IMG/VR virus record: IMGVR_UViG_3300021375_000011
Coordinates: 32,001 to 96,000 of that record
Direction: 5' to 3' (one strand)
DNA: 64,000 nt
Source of the DNA: a virus
Within the stretch, counting starts at the first letter, position 1. Every line of letters starts with the position of its first letter. This document shows positions 9,560 through 19,843 of the stretch, piece after piece. The position numbers and the translations under genes were made by a program. The notes beneath the pieces are model-generated. The model was given only the letters and a program-made list of their open reading frames with translations. It had not been told where the DNA came from and searched no databases.

Positions 9560-10747
9560 TTATGAGAATGATAAGTTGCTAACTGCAATTTCACCCACAT
9601 AGTCACCGGCATTACCAAATGAACTTGCAGTGTTTGATAACTCGATATATCCATATCTAGTCATGAAACTTACTACTGGCTCAAATGTTGACGGATCTAA
9701 TACAACGCCAGAACTCATTAGCGGTACGTATGGACAGTAGAATGCTGGAGCGTCAGTTTCTGATGCACCTTTGTATCCTACTAATACTGCTTGAGCGTCT
9801 GATGCATATGAATCACAGAATACTCTCATTGTACCGTTTAATGTACCTACAAACTTTGTGTTTGTTGGTGCTTCAAAAGTACCTTCTGTTGTTCTAGCAA
9901 ATGCTGAAGTTGTAGCTGATTGTAACACTGTTAATGAAGCTGGTGAAACAACTGCATAGTTACCTGCACCACGTCTTGTACGTTGTGCAATTAAGTTAGC
10001 TGTTCTGTTTATTAACACTGCTAAAGCGGCATGCTCATCACCAACGAAAGTAGCAGTACCTGATACTGCAGCCTGGTTGTATGTGAATTCAGTTGCGGCT
10101 AATGTACGTAGAGATAATAGAATCTCTTGATCGATCTCAGCAGTAATCTCTTGAGCTAATGCTGCCATGATTTCTGCTTCTACATCGATACCGTGCATTG
10201 CTTGTGCATCTTGAGCTGCTTCAAAAGTCCAACGAGCTGACAATTTACGTGTCTTTGCTTCTACAGGTTGCTTTAAGATCTGTACAGAAATTTTGTTACC
10301 TGCTGTACCTTCAAGTACTGCTGTGTTTCCACCACCGTAACCAGTTGCGGTTCCAGCGTTGTTAGAATATGCAGTTGCAATCTTGAATGGTGATAATGCT
10401 TCTTCGCCAGCAGTTGTTGATGTTGCGGCTAGGGAGTTATCAGTCATTGAGTCTGCATAACGTACTCTAAGTGTGTGAATTTGACCAACTGGTCCAGTCA
10501 TAGGCTGAACACCAACTAATTCGTTAGCAATAACAGTAGGCATAACCCTTCTTATTACAGGTAAAATAACTCTGTTTAGAGTTGCAATGTTACCTGATGC
10601 AGTTGATCCCGCTGTTGCGTTCTCAGCTAAGTGTTTGCGAGTGTTTTCTAAGATAACACCCATTGTTGAGCGACGAGCACCTTGTAATCCTTCTAGGAGG
10701 GCTTCTTTGGTCTCACCCCAACGGCTTTCTAGTAGTTCTTGTGACAT
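9560..10747 (-). CDS. gp23: major capsid protein (T4 gp23-like)
   Basis: GVQPMTGP, VEAKTRKLSARWT.E..QD, FYCPYVPL, FMTRYG motifs. Confidence 0.95.
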   Translation of the reverse strand: MSQELLESRWGETKEALLEGLQGARRSTMGVILENTRKHLAENATAGSTASGNIATLNRVILPVIRRVMPTVIANELVGVQPMTGPVGQIHTLRVRYADSMTDNSLAATSTTAGEEALSPFKIATAYSNNAGTATGYGGGNTAVLEGTAGNKISVQILKQPVEAKTRKLSARWTFEAAQDAQAMHGIDVEAEIMAALAQEITAEIDQEILLSLRTLAATEFTYNQAAVSGTATFVGDEHAALAVLINRTANLIAQRTRRGAGNYAVVSPASLTVLQSATTSAFARTTEGTFEAPTNTKFVGTLNGTMRVFCDSYASDAQAVLVGYKGASETDAPAFYCPYVPLMSSGVVLDPSTFEPVVSFMTRYGYIELSNTASSFGNAGDYVGEIAVSNLSFS

Positions 10748-10767
10748 TTATATGTCTCCTTTTTAGT

Positions 10768-11856
10768 TTAAAGCCCTGCTAGGCGCTTCAAGGCAATGAC
10801 GTTGCTATCAGCATCGTCAGTTGCTTTATCGACAACCTTCGCAGATTTATTACCAGTTTGTTCAGTTAAATTTGAGGCTTTCTTAGTTCCTTTAGTTTCA
10901 CTGATTACTGCTGGCAAATATTTTTCAAAAGCGTTCTTCAATCTAGATGTCTGAACGTTTTCAAGTAAGTTAGTCATAATTTCTCTCTTCTCATCATTAA
11001 GAGGAGATAGAAGCTCATCCAATGTAGCATCACGCTCATTGGCTTCCTTTATGACTTTGATTTCGTTATTTTTTCTCTCAACAAGTGCTTTCGCTTTGTC
11101 TTGAGTTTGGATGGCTTCTGCCAACTGTTTATCTTGTTTAGCAATTTTTGCATTAAGTTTACGTACTTCCTCATTTTCATTTAAATGTGTAGCACCAAAC
11201 TCTGTTGCATATGCTTCGAAGATTCGACGACCAAAATTGTTCTCACGAGCAATTTGGATGTCTTCTTTAAGTTGACCCATTTCAGCCTTAAGATGCGTGG
11301 ATACAGTTGAAGCCATCTTCTTAGCAGATTCTTTTACAAACTTGCTCTTTAGATTATCAAGTTTATTACGTGCATTTGATACAAGTCTAACCTTAGTTTC
11401 CACTAAGTCTTTCTTGTCTGCAGCAAATTCCTTGATCTCTTCAGCTAAAGCACCAACAACAAATGATTCTAATTTCTCAAAACCTGTTTTTGATACCTTA
11501 CGATCTGTGCGTAGTTCTTTTAACTCTTCTGAAAGTTGTTTTACTAAAAAGCCGTTAAACTTATCAGCATTTTCTTTCATCTTGTTATGAAACTTAACAC
11601 GATCACCAGCAAGTGCTTTCTTCTCCTCGTTAAGAGCAGCGATTTCACTTGCCAAGCCTTCTGTAACCATTTTATCTAGGGCGTCTACCATCACAGTCTT
11701 ATCATGCTCATAGCGTTGTGCAAACTCCTCACGAAGTTCACTACGTACTGTCTCTTTGGCCTCTACCATTTTTGCTTCCCATTGTTCAGCAATAGCAGTA
11801 CGAGTGTCCTCATTGACGAGATCGCTATCTAATAGTGGTTTAATAGCATCTAACAT
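10768..11856 (-). CDS. gp22: prohead core scaffold protein (gp22-like)
   Basis: 362 aa coiled-coil, Glu/Lys-rich, between protease and capsid genes. Confidence 0.8.
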   Translation of the reverse strand: MLDAIKPLLDSDLVNEDTRTAIAEQWEAKMVEAKETVRSELREEFAQRYEHDKTVMVDALDKMVTEGLASEIAALNEEKKALAGDRVKFHNKMKENADKFNGFLVKQLSEELKELRTDRKVSKTGFEKLESFVVGALAEEIKEFAADKKDLVETKVRLVSNARNKLDNLKSKFVKESAKKMASTVSTHLKAEMGQLKEDIQIARENNFGRRIFEAYATEFGATHLNENEEVRKLNAKIAKQDKQLAEAIQTQDKAKALVERKNNEIKVIKEANERDATLDELLSPLNDEKREIMTNLLENVQTSRLKNAFEKYLPAVISETKGTKKASNLTEQTGNKSAKVVDKATDDADSNVIALKRLAGL

Positions 11857-11865
11857 GCGATTCTC

Positions 11866-12492
11866 CTAAATTTTTAGGTCTCTGATAAGACGAGAAACTT
11901 CGTCTTTCAGGTACTTTTGTATTTTGCCGTCTTTCCCAGACTCACGAGCCATTTCTAAAATGTGATGTCCATGTTTCATGTTCATCAGTCCTTCATAAAT
12001 TGCTTTTGGATAAGCATTTGGAGCACTGGGTTGTGCGACCACGTCTACAGTTACTATTTCAAAGTCACTGACACGTCCGTTATGTGGATCAACGTTACCC
12101 GATCCACGACTCGAAACGCCCAATCTCACACCAGACTGAAGCATAGTTTTCACTAGCTCGCCCATTGGAGTTGGGAGAATTTTTAGTTTTCCATAACCAT
12201 TAGGTCCATCCATCCACATACTTTCTATCATGTGGCATACACGGTCTAAATTAATTTTGAGGTCATCTGGATGATCTACTTCGCCAAGAACGCTTGTAGT
12301 TTTGATTTGTTCGTTCAGTGTGTCAACTGCTTCTGCAATTTGACTTACTGGATAAACACGTTCGTTGGCATTTTTGACGTCACCTTGTATGCAGATGCCC
12401 TCCATATAGAGATTCTTACCGTCTTTGCCCTCAACGATTTGCATCTTTGCAGCTTCAAAAGTAAGGTCTTCTCTTAGGTATAGCTGTCCCAT
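11866..12492 (-). CDS. gp21: prohead protease (gp21-like)
   Basis: N.N.RVYP, LGEVDHP, GVSSRG.G, D.VAQPSAPNA motifs. Confidence 0.93.
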   Translation of the reverse strand: MGQLYLREDLTFEAAKMQIVEGKDGKNLYMEGICIQGDVKNANERVYPVSQIAEAVDTLNEQIKTTSVLGEVDHPDDLKINLDRVCHMIESMWMDGPNGYGKLKILPTPMGELVKTMLQSGVRLGVSSRGSGNVDPHNGRVSDFEIVTVDVVAQPSAPNAYPKAIYEGLMNMKHGHHILEMARESGKDGKIQKYLKDEVSRLIRDLKI

Positions 12493-12512
12493 ATACTTGG
12501 TTCCTCGCTAGA

Positions 12513-13421
12513 TTAGTCTATAACACTTTTGGTGTTAACACCAGAAGCTTGTGCTAGTTCAGGCTTTGGAGCTGGCTTAACGTCTGGCTTTGTAGTTCCG
12601 TCCATGTCACCAAATTTTGGAGTTGGGCGGCCTTCTTTGCCTTTGTTACCATCATCAAAGTTTACTGGATGTGCATCCATTCCCTTTTGACCTGAGTTTG
12701 CAGCTACCGGACTTTTACTAGCTGGTGATGTAGTTACTGGCTTTGGTGCTGGAACTAAATCTACGTTCTCATTAAAGCCTTCAACTTCGACGTTAACATC
12801 AATTGGCTCGTCCATTTTGTCTTGCATAGCATCAATCTCGTCCTGCTCCATGTCAGTGTCGCTATCAATGTCTGAGATTTCATCCTGCTCGCCTTCGATG
12901 TCGTCTGTGTTGTCATCAACTTGACCCATTAGCTCTTCGAATTCACCCATTAGTTCGTCTAATTTGTCTTCGATATTTACTACACGGTCTTCTAACTCTT
13001 CTTCGCCGTTGTCATCATCAACGTCGATGTCGATCATTTCGATTTCTTCTTCATCATCTTCCATTCTAACGCCTTGCTCTTCAGCTTCGACTTCGTCAAT
13101 GAGTTCGTCAACCTGTGATCCGCCTAATTCTTCTGATTCATCAATTGGTCCATCGCCTTTACGCTTGCCGAAGTCTCCTCTTGAATCATCTCTACGACCT
13201 TTTTTAGAAACATCCTTGTCAGCTATTTTACCATCTTTGGCAGCTTCTGACTCGTCTTCTCTATCGTCGTAACCTTGTTTCTTTTCTGTAATTTCTTCTT
13301 CTGACATAATCTCTTCGTATATGTCTCTTGACTTCTCAACAACTATGTCGTGGAAAAGTGCCTTTGCATTCTTTTCGTCATCATTGATAACGAATTCAAT
13401 TAATTGCTCAAATTTGTTCAT
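12513..13421 (-). CDS. acidic prohead core / internal protein
   Basis: 302 aa, very Asp/Glu-rich, in the gp67/gp68 position between portal and protease; TAAGTA at 13459-13464. Confidence 0.55.
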   Translation of the reverse strand: MNKFEQLIEFVINDDEKNAKALFHDIVVEKSRDIYEEIMSEEEITEKKQGYDDREDESEAAKDGKIADKDVSKKGRRDDSRGDFGKRKGDGPIDESEELGGSQVDELIDEVEAEEQGVRMEDDEEEIEMIDIDVDDDNGEEELEDRVVNIEDKLDELMGEFEELMGQVDDNTDDIEGEQDEISDIDSDTDMEQDEIDAMQDKMDEPIDVNVEVEGFNENVDLVPAPKPVTTSPASKSPVAANSGQKGMDAHPVNFDDGNKGKEGRPTPKFGDMDGTTKPDVKPAPKPELAQASGVNTKSVID

Positions 13422-13535
13422 GTGAAAATTTTCCTTCTAAGTATTGGGCTCAGTATAGTACTTACAAGAAAGTTAAAAAACTAGTAGTTTATAGGGGTAA
13501 AATGGGTATAAAATGAAACTTTAATAAAGATAAGC

Positions 13536-13757
13536 CTACAATTGCGGAGGAGGTGGAGCAAACTGTGCTTGTATCTTTTTAAGTTCTTCAGTTTTTTCAT
13601 AGTTACGCATATCATACATCTTACGCAACTTTGATATTTGCTTTAGCGTAAGTTTAGTCTTGCGTAGCTCTCCAAGCTCGGGAACACTGTTGTCAGCTTC
13701 TTGGTCTTGGTAATCTTCGTCTGATTGATCGTGATCATAAAATTCAAATAGTTTCAT
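13536..13757 (-). CDS. small head-module protein
   Basis: 73 aa, RKTKLTLKQI.KLR; TATAAATA at 13763-13770, 5 nt before the ATG. Confidence 0.6.
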   Translation of the reverse strand: MKLFEFYDHDQSDEDYQDQEADNSVPELGELRKTKLTLKQISKLRKMYDMRNYEKTEELKKIQAQFAPPPPQL

Positions 13758-13765
13758 AATAGTAT

Positions 13766-15514
13766 TTATACCGGAGGCGCTTCTGCAGGAACATCAACAT
13801 TTACATCAATCTCTTCACCGCCTAGTGCTGGATCCATTGCTTCTTCGCCGGCTACTGCGTCTCCCATTTCTACATCACCTTCAAAATCACCTGGACTTAC
13901 TCCAACAGTACGTAAATCACTGCCAGTTGGTTCTACATCAACTGGTTGTCCAGTTTCTTGTTCCCACTGCTCTGTGTTCTCTTGTAGTTCGTCTTCAGTT
14001 AATCCTAAGTAACGTTTCATAAGAAAACGTTTACTCATATAAGGCAACTGTTCTAATGCACTGAATGCTTGAATTCTTGTTGTATCTAGTTCTGCTTGTC
14101 TGTAACTTGCAAAGTTTTGTGGAGGATTAAATTTTATTGAAAACAGTCCACTGTCAATGTTGAAGCCTCTCCAACGCATGAACATTTTAAATTCATCATC
14201 AAGTTTAAGGATAACTTGTCTTTGTAATCTTTCACAGTACTGATTGAATCTAAATTCTTGTATAAGTGCAGTACCAACACGCCCGTCGTTCATTGGGCGA
14301 TCTGAATCATCTGGACCTGTAGGCAAGTACGAACTTGGTACACGCAGTCCTCTACACATCTTATTGTTAAAGTATTTTAGATCGTCAATCTGTCCTAGGT
14401 TCTCACCACCTGGTAATGTTTCTACTTTTGAACCCCTACCTTCAGCAGTTTGTGGAAAGAAGTAATCTTCGTTAATACTAAGTGGATTGTACATAGTGTC
14501 CATAGTCGTAGCACCTTGTCCACCTTGTGCAGACGGAATACGTCTTTGGTGCACTTCATTTTTTACACGCTCAACAAACTGCATAGCAAGATGTGATGGC
14601 ATGTTACCTACGTCGATGTAAAACACTCTACGCTCTGGAGCACGTTGTACTCTGTATATCAGTATAGCATCTTCAAGCAGTTCTTTTTGCTTGAACACTT
14701 TGAATATCATCTCCAGCACACTTTGACTGAAAGGCCAGTAAAAGTCTAAACCTTCACTAAGTCCTAGGTGCACAACATTCTTTGCATCAATCACAGTTTC
14801 GTTGATAGTGTGTTCAAATCTACTGCCAGTGCTGGGTTGGTTAGGAAGATTGTAGTTTGCTCCGCCACCCATGGCTCCGCCGCCACCAGTACCATTTATT
14901 TGACCAGCATTACCTGCACCATAGTCAGTGGTGTTTTTAGCAGTGATACTTAGGTTTTCAAAGTTTGGATTGATATCTCTAATTACATATTGTTCTGGAC
15001 GTTTACCATCATTCTCGTTTACAATCACTCGTACAACTTTGGCCATGTCAACCCAGTACATTTCAAATGTTTCTGGATCACGTACAAACACTTGATCTCC
15101 GTATTTTAACACATTACGAAACATCTTAAACACACGTTGGTCAAGTTTGTTAAGTTTTGTCCACTGTTTTAATTGTGTACGTATTATTTCTATTTCGTTG
15201 TTTGTCGGAGTATCTGTGTATTGTACTTCAAAAGGTGTGTTGTTGCTTTCGTTTTCTTGTGTTGAAAATTCAGCAAGTATATCTAAACATGCATTTACTT
15301 CACTGTCAGTATCCATATTCTCATACTGATTATAGCGTTCTATTCTATTAGGATGTCCTGTGTATACTTCGGGTAAATGACTTTGATAGTTTTTAAATCC
15401 AAATTCGCCATTGGAACCAGTTCCGTAACTAGGCCCGCGTTGTGTTTGTCCGCTTATTGGACTAAGTTGTCCGCCGGTGTTTCCGACTGCTTTAAAGTAT
15501 TTTTTCCAAGACAT
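13766..15514 (-). CDS. gp20: portal vertex protein (gp20-like)
   Basis: LLEDAILIYRVQRAPERRVFYIDVGNMP, EDYFFP, ETLPGGENLG motifs. Confidence 0.95.
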   Translation of the reverse strand: MSWKKYFKAVGNTGGQLSPISGQTQRGPSYGTGSNGEFGFKNYQSHLPEVYTGHPNRIERYNQYENMDTDSEVNACLDILAEFSTQENESNNTPFEVQYTDTPTNNEIEIIRTQLKQWTKLNKLDQRVFKMFRNVLKYGDQVFVRDPETFEMYWVDMAKVVRVIVNENDGKRPEQYVIRDINPNFENLSITAKNTTDYGAGNAGQINGTGGGGAMGGGANYNLPNQPSTGSRFEHTINETVIDAKNVVHLGLSEGLDFYWPFSQSVLEMIFKVFKQKELLEDAILIYRVQRAPERRVFYIDVGNMPSHLAMQFVERVKNEVHQRRIPSAQGGQGATTMDTMYNPLSINEDYFFPQTAEGRGSKVETLPGGENLGQIDDLKYFNNKMCRGLRVPSSYLPTGPDDSDRPMNDGRVGTALIQEFRFNQYCERLQRQVILKLDDEFKMFMRWRGFNIDSGLFSIKFNPPQNFASYRQAELDTTRIQAFSALEQLPYMSKRFLMKRYLGLTEDELQENTEQWEQETGQPVDVEPTGSDLRTVGVSPGDFEGDVEMGDAVAGEEAMDPALGGEEIDVNVDVPAEAPPV

Positions 15515-15552
15515 ATAAGTTCCAATGTGCTTTTGTTATAGTGTATTTATCA

Positions 15553-17781
15553 CTATCTATGTGCAGCCTGTAATAATTCGGTCTGTATGTTTACGCTACG
15601 GGCCATTGTGGTTGCAATTGCATCCAGTCTGTTTAACTGTGCTTCTGCTAGATTATTAGTTGTATTTCCGGCCATAGCTTGTGAAGCTCCATCTATTTGG
15701 TTGCCAGTACCGCCAAGTGCAGATACCGATCCGCCTAAGTCCATAGCATTATACCCGCCAGCCGGACCTGCGTTTGGAACTATGTTTCCATTCATGCCAC
15801 TCATTAGCAATTCAGGCCCGTCTTCGCCGACTATATATGATTTGCCTGCTTGTACTGGTCCTCCGACTGCTTTTTTTGGTATGTTGGGATTTTTGTTAAA
15901 CAAACTACCCAACCATGAGTCGTCATCAAAGTCAAACATATCCTGCCCAAGACCTTCTTTACCAGCAAAGAATCCACCTAAACCTCCACCGACTCCGCCA
16001 ATTAATGCACCAGCAATCGCACCAAGACTAGAGGTAAGAGGTGCTAGAGGTCCGCCTATTAAACCTAGAGCTGCACCTGCAGCCGCACCTGCGGCTGCTC
16101 CGCCTAATGCTCCACCGCCTGTGGTGACTGCAACGTCACCTGTTTCTACAGTGTCTTTTGCTCCTACACCTGTTAAATTTCTTGCATATGCTTCTGCACC
16201 CATGCTAATCATCTTGTTGATTTCAACCATGGCTGCAGTCATACCTTCTGCCACTGTAGTTGCTGCGGTTCCCATAGCTGGCAACGCACTTAAAGTAATC
16301 TTGTTTACTTCTGTTGCAAAATTACGCATTGCTATTTGTCCGTCAACCAAACCTTGTGTAGCTGCATCTTGAGGGTCTAATGACGCTTTGGTCATTTCAC
16401 CCATTTTTGCTATTTCAGCAGTGGTCGGTACTACACGTTTGTTTGCTTCTAACATGCCTAATGCAATAGTATCAAACGCAGTACCTGCACCAACTATTTT
16501 GGCTAATGCACCAGGACCGCCCATGGCTTCGACACGGTCTTTCATTCCTCGATTTATTTCAGCAGTTGCTTCGGCAGCTGATATTTGTCCTTTTTGCAAG
16601 GCAGCTACTGCTTGTTGTCCTCGCTCTCCTGCGGCTAATAAAAATCCTTGTGCTTCATCAGTAAGAGCGTTTCCAGCCATGATGTCTTGGAAACCTTTAC
16701 CAATGGCTTCATTTTGTTTTGTGAGCTGAGCGGCTGCAAGTTCGACATTTCTACCAGCCTTTTGTCCAATTCGTTCATTTAAATCTTGTACAGCACCGTT
16801 GAAACGTGCATTACGTAATTGTCCTTGTAGTTCTTTCTCTGCTTCGTCAACACTGACACCTGTTAATCTTGCAAGTGTACTAAGTTCTTTTGCATAGTTT
16901 GCTGAACCTTGTGCTAATTCAGCACTGCTCATTTGATCTACTCTTGCAGTTCTTGCTTGTAATTTCAAATAGTTTGCAGTCATTTCGTTCTGTTGCTTGG
17001 CGCCAATTCCCATTGCTTCTAGTTCACGTCTAAACGGTGTCATTGCTTTGCTTATATTAGCAAATCTGTCTACACCGGTAGTTGCAGTTCCAAAAGCAAA
17101 CGCTAGTCCTTCAGAACTATTTTTTGTTACATCTGCAAAGTCTTTAAAACTAATGCCAGCACCAATTGCTTGATTGGCAAGTGAGGTCATTCCGTCAGCA
17201 CCAAGAGCACCTGACTGTGCAACCATTCTAAATGCACTGCCAGCGTTATCAAGTTGCGATGTTACTTGTTTTCCTATCTGTGCCGCTACATCAGCAGTTG
17301 CTTCTGCTAGAGCCGCGGCTGCCTTGCCAGCACCACTTACAAGACCGCCAATTACGCCACCTAGCACAGGAAGGCCTTTCAGTGCCTCACCGAGGCTATC
17401 AGTTACACCACCAACTGCCTTTCCAGCAGTCTTTAAAACACCAGCAGTTAAATCAATTGAACCATTGAGGCTTGAAAAACTTTCTTGTTGTTCTTGTACT
17501 GATGCTGCCGCTGCTATTGTACTTGACGCAAAGTTACCAAGATTTCTTACTGTGCCGCCTAACGCACCTGCAAATCTTGCTGCACCTTTGGTGTTTTTGT
17601 ACGTTTCATCTGTTTGTATTTTTTGTGCATCAGTTTGAGCCTTAGAACCTTTTGAAATTTTTTGCAATGCTTTATCAAGTCTATCGACCTCTTTTGGATC
17701 AACAGTTTTGTTGTTTTTCATCTCAAGTTGTAAAGCCTGTATAGCTCTGGTAAGTTCTTCGATGGTTTGGTCGTCTGCCAT
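15553..17781 (-). CDS. tape-measure-like tail protein
   Basis: 742 aa Ala/Gly-rich helical sequence, Gly-zipper segment, AVGGPV.AG..YIVGE.GPEL motif typical of TMP C-termini. Confidence 0.7.
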   Translation of the reverse strand: MADDQTIEELTRAIQALQLEMKNNKTVDPKEVDRLDKALQKISKGSKAQTDAQKIQTDETYKNTKGAARFAGALGGTVRNLGNFASSTIAAAASVQEQQESFSSLNGSIDLTAGVLKTAGKAVGGVTDSLGEALKGLPVLGGVIGGLVSGAGKAAAALAEATADVAAQIGKQVTSQLDNAGSAFRMVAQSGALGADGMTSLANQAIGAGISFKDFADVTKNSSEGLAFAFGTATTGVDRFANISKAMTPFRRELEAMGIGAKQQNEMTANYLKLQARTARVDQMSSAELAQGSANYAKELSTLARLTGVSVDEAEKELQGQLRNARFNGAVQDLNERIGQKAGRNVELAAAQLTKQNEAIGKGFQDIMAGNALTDEAQGFLLAAGERGQQAVAALQKGQISAAEATAEINRGMKDRVEAMGGPGALAKIVGAGTAFDTIALGMLEANKRVVPTTAEIAKMGEMTKASLDPQDAATQGLVDGQIAMRNFATEVNKITLSALPAMGTAATTVAEGMTAAMVEINKMISMGAEAYARNLTGVGAKDTVETGDVAVTTGGGALGGAAAGAAAGAALGLIGGPLAPLTSSLGAIAGALIGGVGGGLGGFFAGKEGLGQDMFDFDDDSWLGSLFNKNPNIPKKAVGGPVQAGKSYIVGEDGPELLMSGMNGNIVPNAGPAGGYNAMDLGGSVSALGGTGNQIDGASQAMAGNTTNNLAEAQLNRLDAIATTMARSVNIQTELLQAAHR

Positions 17782-17806
17782 TAATTAAAAGCCCGTTTTT
17801 TTGCCG

Positions 17807-17832
17807 TATAAGTACATTATCAACTGTATTTA
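17807..17832. promoter_or_regulatory. face-to-face divergent late promoters
   Basis: + strand TATAAGTA at 17807-17814 and - strand TAAATA at 17827-17832. Confidence 0.6.
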
Positions 17833-17845
17833 TGTAGGAAAAAAC

Positions 17846-18682
17846 ATGGAAGTAAAACAAGAGAATCCACTTGCGAAACATTTTAGGCAACCAGCGATTT
17901 ATATTAAATTACCAACTGGCGGTGCATGGAATGATGAAACAAGTATAAAGACTACTCCAAACCAAGAATACGCAGTTTATCCAATGACTGCACTTGATGA
18001 GATAAGTTACAGAACTGCTGATGCACTGTTCAACGGTTCAGCAGTAGCAGATGTAATAAAAAGTTGTATTCCAGATATTATTGATCCATGGCAGATAAGC
18101 ACTGCTGATCTTGACACACTACTAATATCAATACGCATTGCAAGTTTTGGTCATGAAATGGATTTCACAAGTAAATGTCCAAAGTGTGAGGAAACAAACG
18201 ACTTTGCAATAGATTTAAGACAAATATTAGAGCAGATCAAAATGCCGGATTTCAGCGAACCAGTCACTAACGGTGACATCACAATTTACTTCAAGCCGTT
18301 ATCTTACAAAGATCAAAACGACAATAACTCACAACAGTTTCAAGATCAAAAAATGTTAGAATCACTGCCAACTGCGGAGATTCCCGAAGCTGAAAAAATA
18401 GAAGCACTAAGGCAGGCATTTACAAACATTAGTGTTCTCACACTAAATGCAATATCTGATAGTATTGCTATGATAAAGAGTGGTGATGATGTTGTAGTTG
18501 ACAAAGAATTCATCAAAGAATATCTACAGAATTGCGACAATAAAGCATTTGATAAGATACGAAAGAAGATCGAAAGTATAAAAGAAAGTCAAGAAATCAA
18601 ACCATTGCTTATTGTATGTGCTGATTGTAAACACGAATACAATACACCTTTCACACTGAATGTTGCAAATTTTTTCGTATAA
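17846..18682 (+). CDS. gp26: baseplate hub / tail assembly chaperone (gp26-like)
   Basis: ATG at 17846 after AGGA; YIKLPTGG, PMTALDE, LISIRIASFG, CPKC and CADC Zn knuckles; ends NFFV. Confidence 0.7.
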   Translation: MEVKQENPLAKHFRQPAIYIKLPTGGAWNDETSIKTTPNQEYAVYPMTALDEISYRTADALFNGSAVADVIKSCIPDIIDPWQISTADLDTLLISIRIASFGHEMDFTSKCPKCEETNDFAIDLRQILEQIKMPDFSEPVTNGDITIYFKPLSYKDQNDNNSQQFQDQKMLESLPTAEIPEAEKIEALRQAFTNISVLTLNAISDSIAMIKSGDDVVVDKEFIKEYLQNCDNKAFDKIRKKIESIKESQEIKPLLIVCADCKHEYNTPFTLNVANFFV

Positions 18683-18729
18683 GGCTCTTAACGTCTACAC
18701 CTGAACAAATTGAAAAGATAATCTCAGAT

Positions 18730-18906
18730 ATGGACAACGAAGTTAAGAGCCTGAAGCAAGACTTGTTAAAAATGTGTTGGTTTATGCGTGGCGGAGTTAC
18801 CTATCAAGAAATTGTAAGTATGAGTGGCCCTGAACGTGAAATGATGGGTAAACTAATTAAAGAAAACTTAGAAACTGCAAAGAAAACCGGACAACCGTTT
18901 TGGTAA
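18730..18906 (+). CDS. gp51-like small protein, probably also the -1 frameshift extension of the gp26-like ORF
   Basis: 58 aa MDNEVKSLKQDLLKMCWFMRGGVTYQEIVSMSGPERE...QPFW, missed by the ORF track; its frame is open back through the slippery site at 18667. Confidence 0.7.
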   Translation: MDNEVKSLKQDLLKMCWFMRGGVTYQEIVSMSGPEREMMGKLIKENLETAKKTGQPFW

Positions 18907-19409
18907 TAGATCAAGTAAAAGCAGACATTGAACAGTGGTTGGTTAACTTTGTTGAAGTTCCGCACCCTGCATTAGGCAACTTTCCGCCTTGTCCTTTTGC
19001 CCGGCAAGCAAGACTACGCAACAAGTATGATGTTAGACTCGGAGATGATCTCGAACGTGATTTGTTTCTGTTTGCTAAGAAAAAATACTTAGGCAAAAAT
19101 GATGTGGTCATATATGCTTATCCTCCCGAGCAATATGATGATGCATACTTTAATTTTGTTGTTGATGTTGTTAACACTTCAAAAGGATTTACTAAACGTA
19201 ATCTTTTGGCACTTGCTGACCACCCAGACACTGTTGAAGAACAAAATGGTGTGTGCTTTAACATGGGTAAATATGCACTTGTACTCATACAAGATAAAAC
19301 AAAACTTCAGGACCATGCACGTATGTTAGCTCACCGAGGATACTATGATGATTGGGACGAAGAATATCTGCAAGAAATATTTGCACACAGAAAAGACCCA
19401 AGAAAATGA
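18900..19409 (+). CDS. hypothetical protein with PCPFAR motif (DUF1415/DUF6875-like)
   Basis: W...FV...LG..PCPFA...LADHP; TTG start uncertain. Confidence 0.55.
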   Translation: MVIDQVKADIEQWLVNFVEVPHPALGNFPPCPFARQARLRNKYDVRLGDDLERDLFLFAKKKYLGKNDVVIYAYPPEQYDDAYFNFVVDVVNTSKGFTKRNLLALADHPDTVEEQNGVCFNMGKYALVLIQDKTKLQDHARMLAHRGYYDDWDEEYLQEIFAHRKDPRK

Positions 19410-19843
19410 TATACGCAAGAATTAACCTAAGCGAAACTAACTATGAAGTTATACCTGAATACAAGAAAGTAAAACTTCCTCCAATAGTTCCAAACACACT
19501 AGAAGCAATCTATAATGCCTATTGTATTCATAAAAAGTTTAAAAGTGTTATGCCAATATTCGACGAAGAATACTATGACGAAAAAAATGAAGTATTTGGG
19601 TACTATGACAAGGAAGAAAAACTGGTTGCATTCAGTCTGTTTCGATGTTATAATAGTAAGAACGTTGAAGCAGTACAATTTGCTTGGGACTATGCAAACC
19701 CAGGATTGCGTTTAGGCATACGCAGTTTAAAAAACGAATGTGCAATATATAAAAAACGCGGTTTTGACTTTTTGTACTTAGGTCAAGCAGATGATTACAA
19801 AACAAAAATTGACGGATTTGAAATACTAGGAGGAAGATTATAA
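19406..19843 (+). CDS. GNAT-fold protein resembling the C-terminal domain of ATE1/Bpt aminoacyl-tRNA-protein transferases
   Basis: ATG at 19406 (ATGA overlap); LVAFS...EAVQFAWDY...LGIRSLKNECAIYKKRGFDFLYLG...YK....FEIL. Confidence 0.65.
   Translation: MIYARINLSETNYEVIPEYKKVKLPPIVPNTLEAIYNAYCIHKKFKSVMPIFDEEYYDEKNEVFGYYDKEEKLVAFSLFRCYNSKNVEAVQFAWDYANPGLRLGIRSLKNECAIYKKRGFDFLYLGQADDYKTKIDGFEILGGRL

Noticed and set aside
15587-17638. + strand ORFs of 261, 113 and 154 aa
   Set aside because: Antisense shadows of the Ala/Gly-rich tape measure gene.
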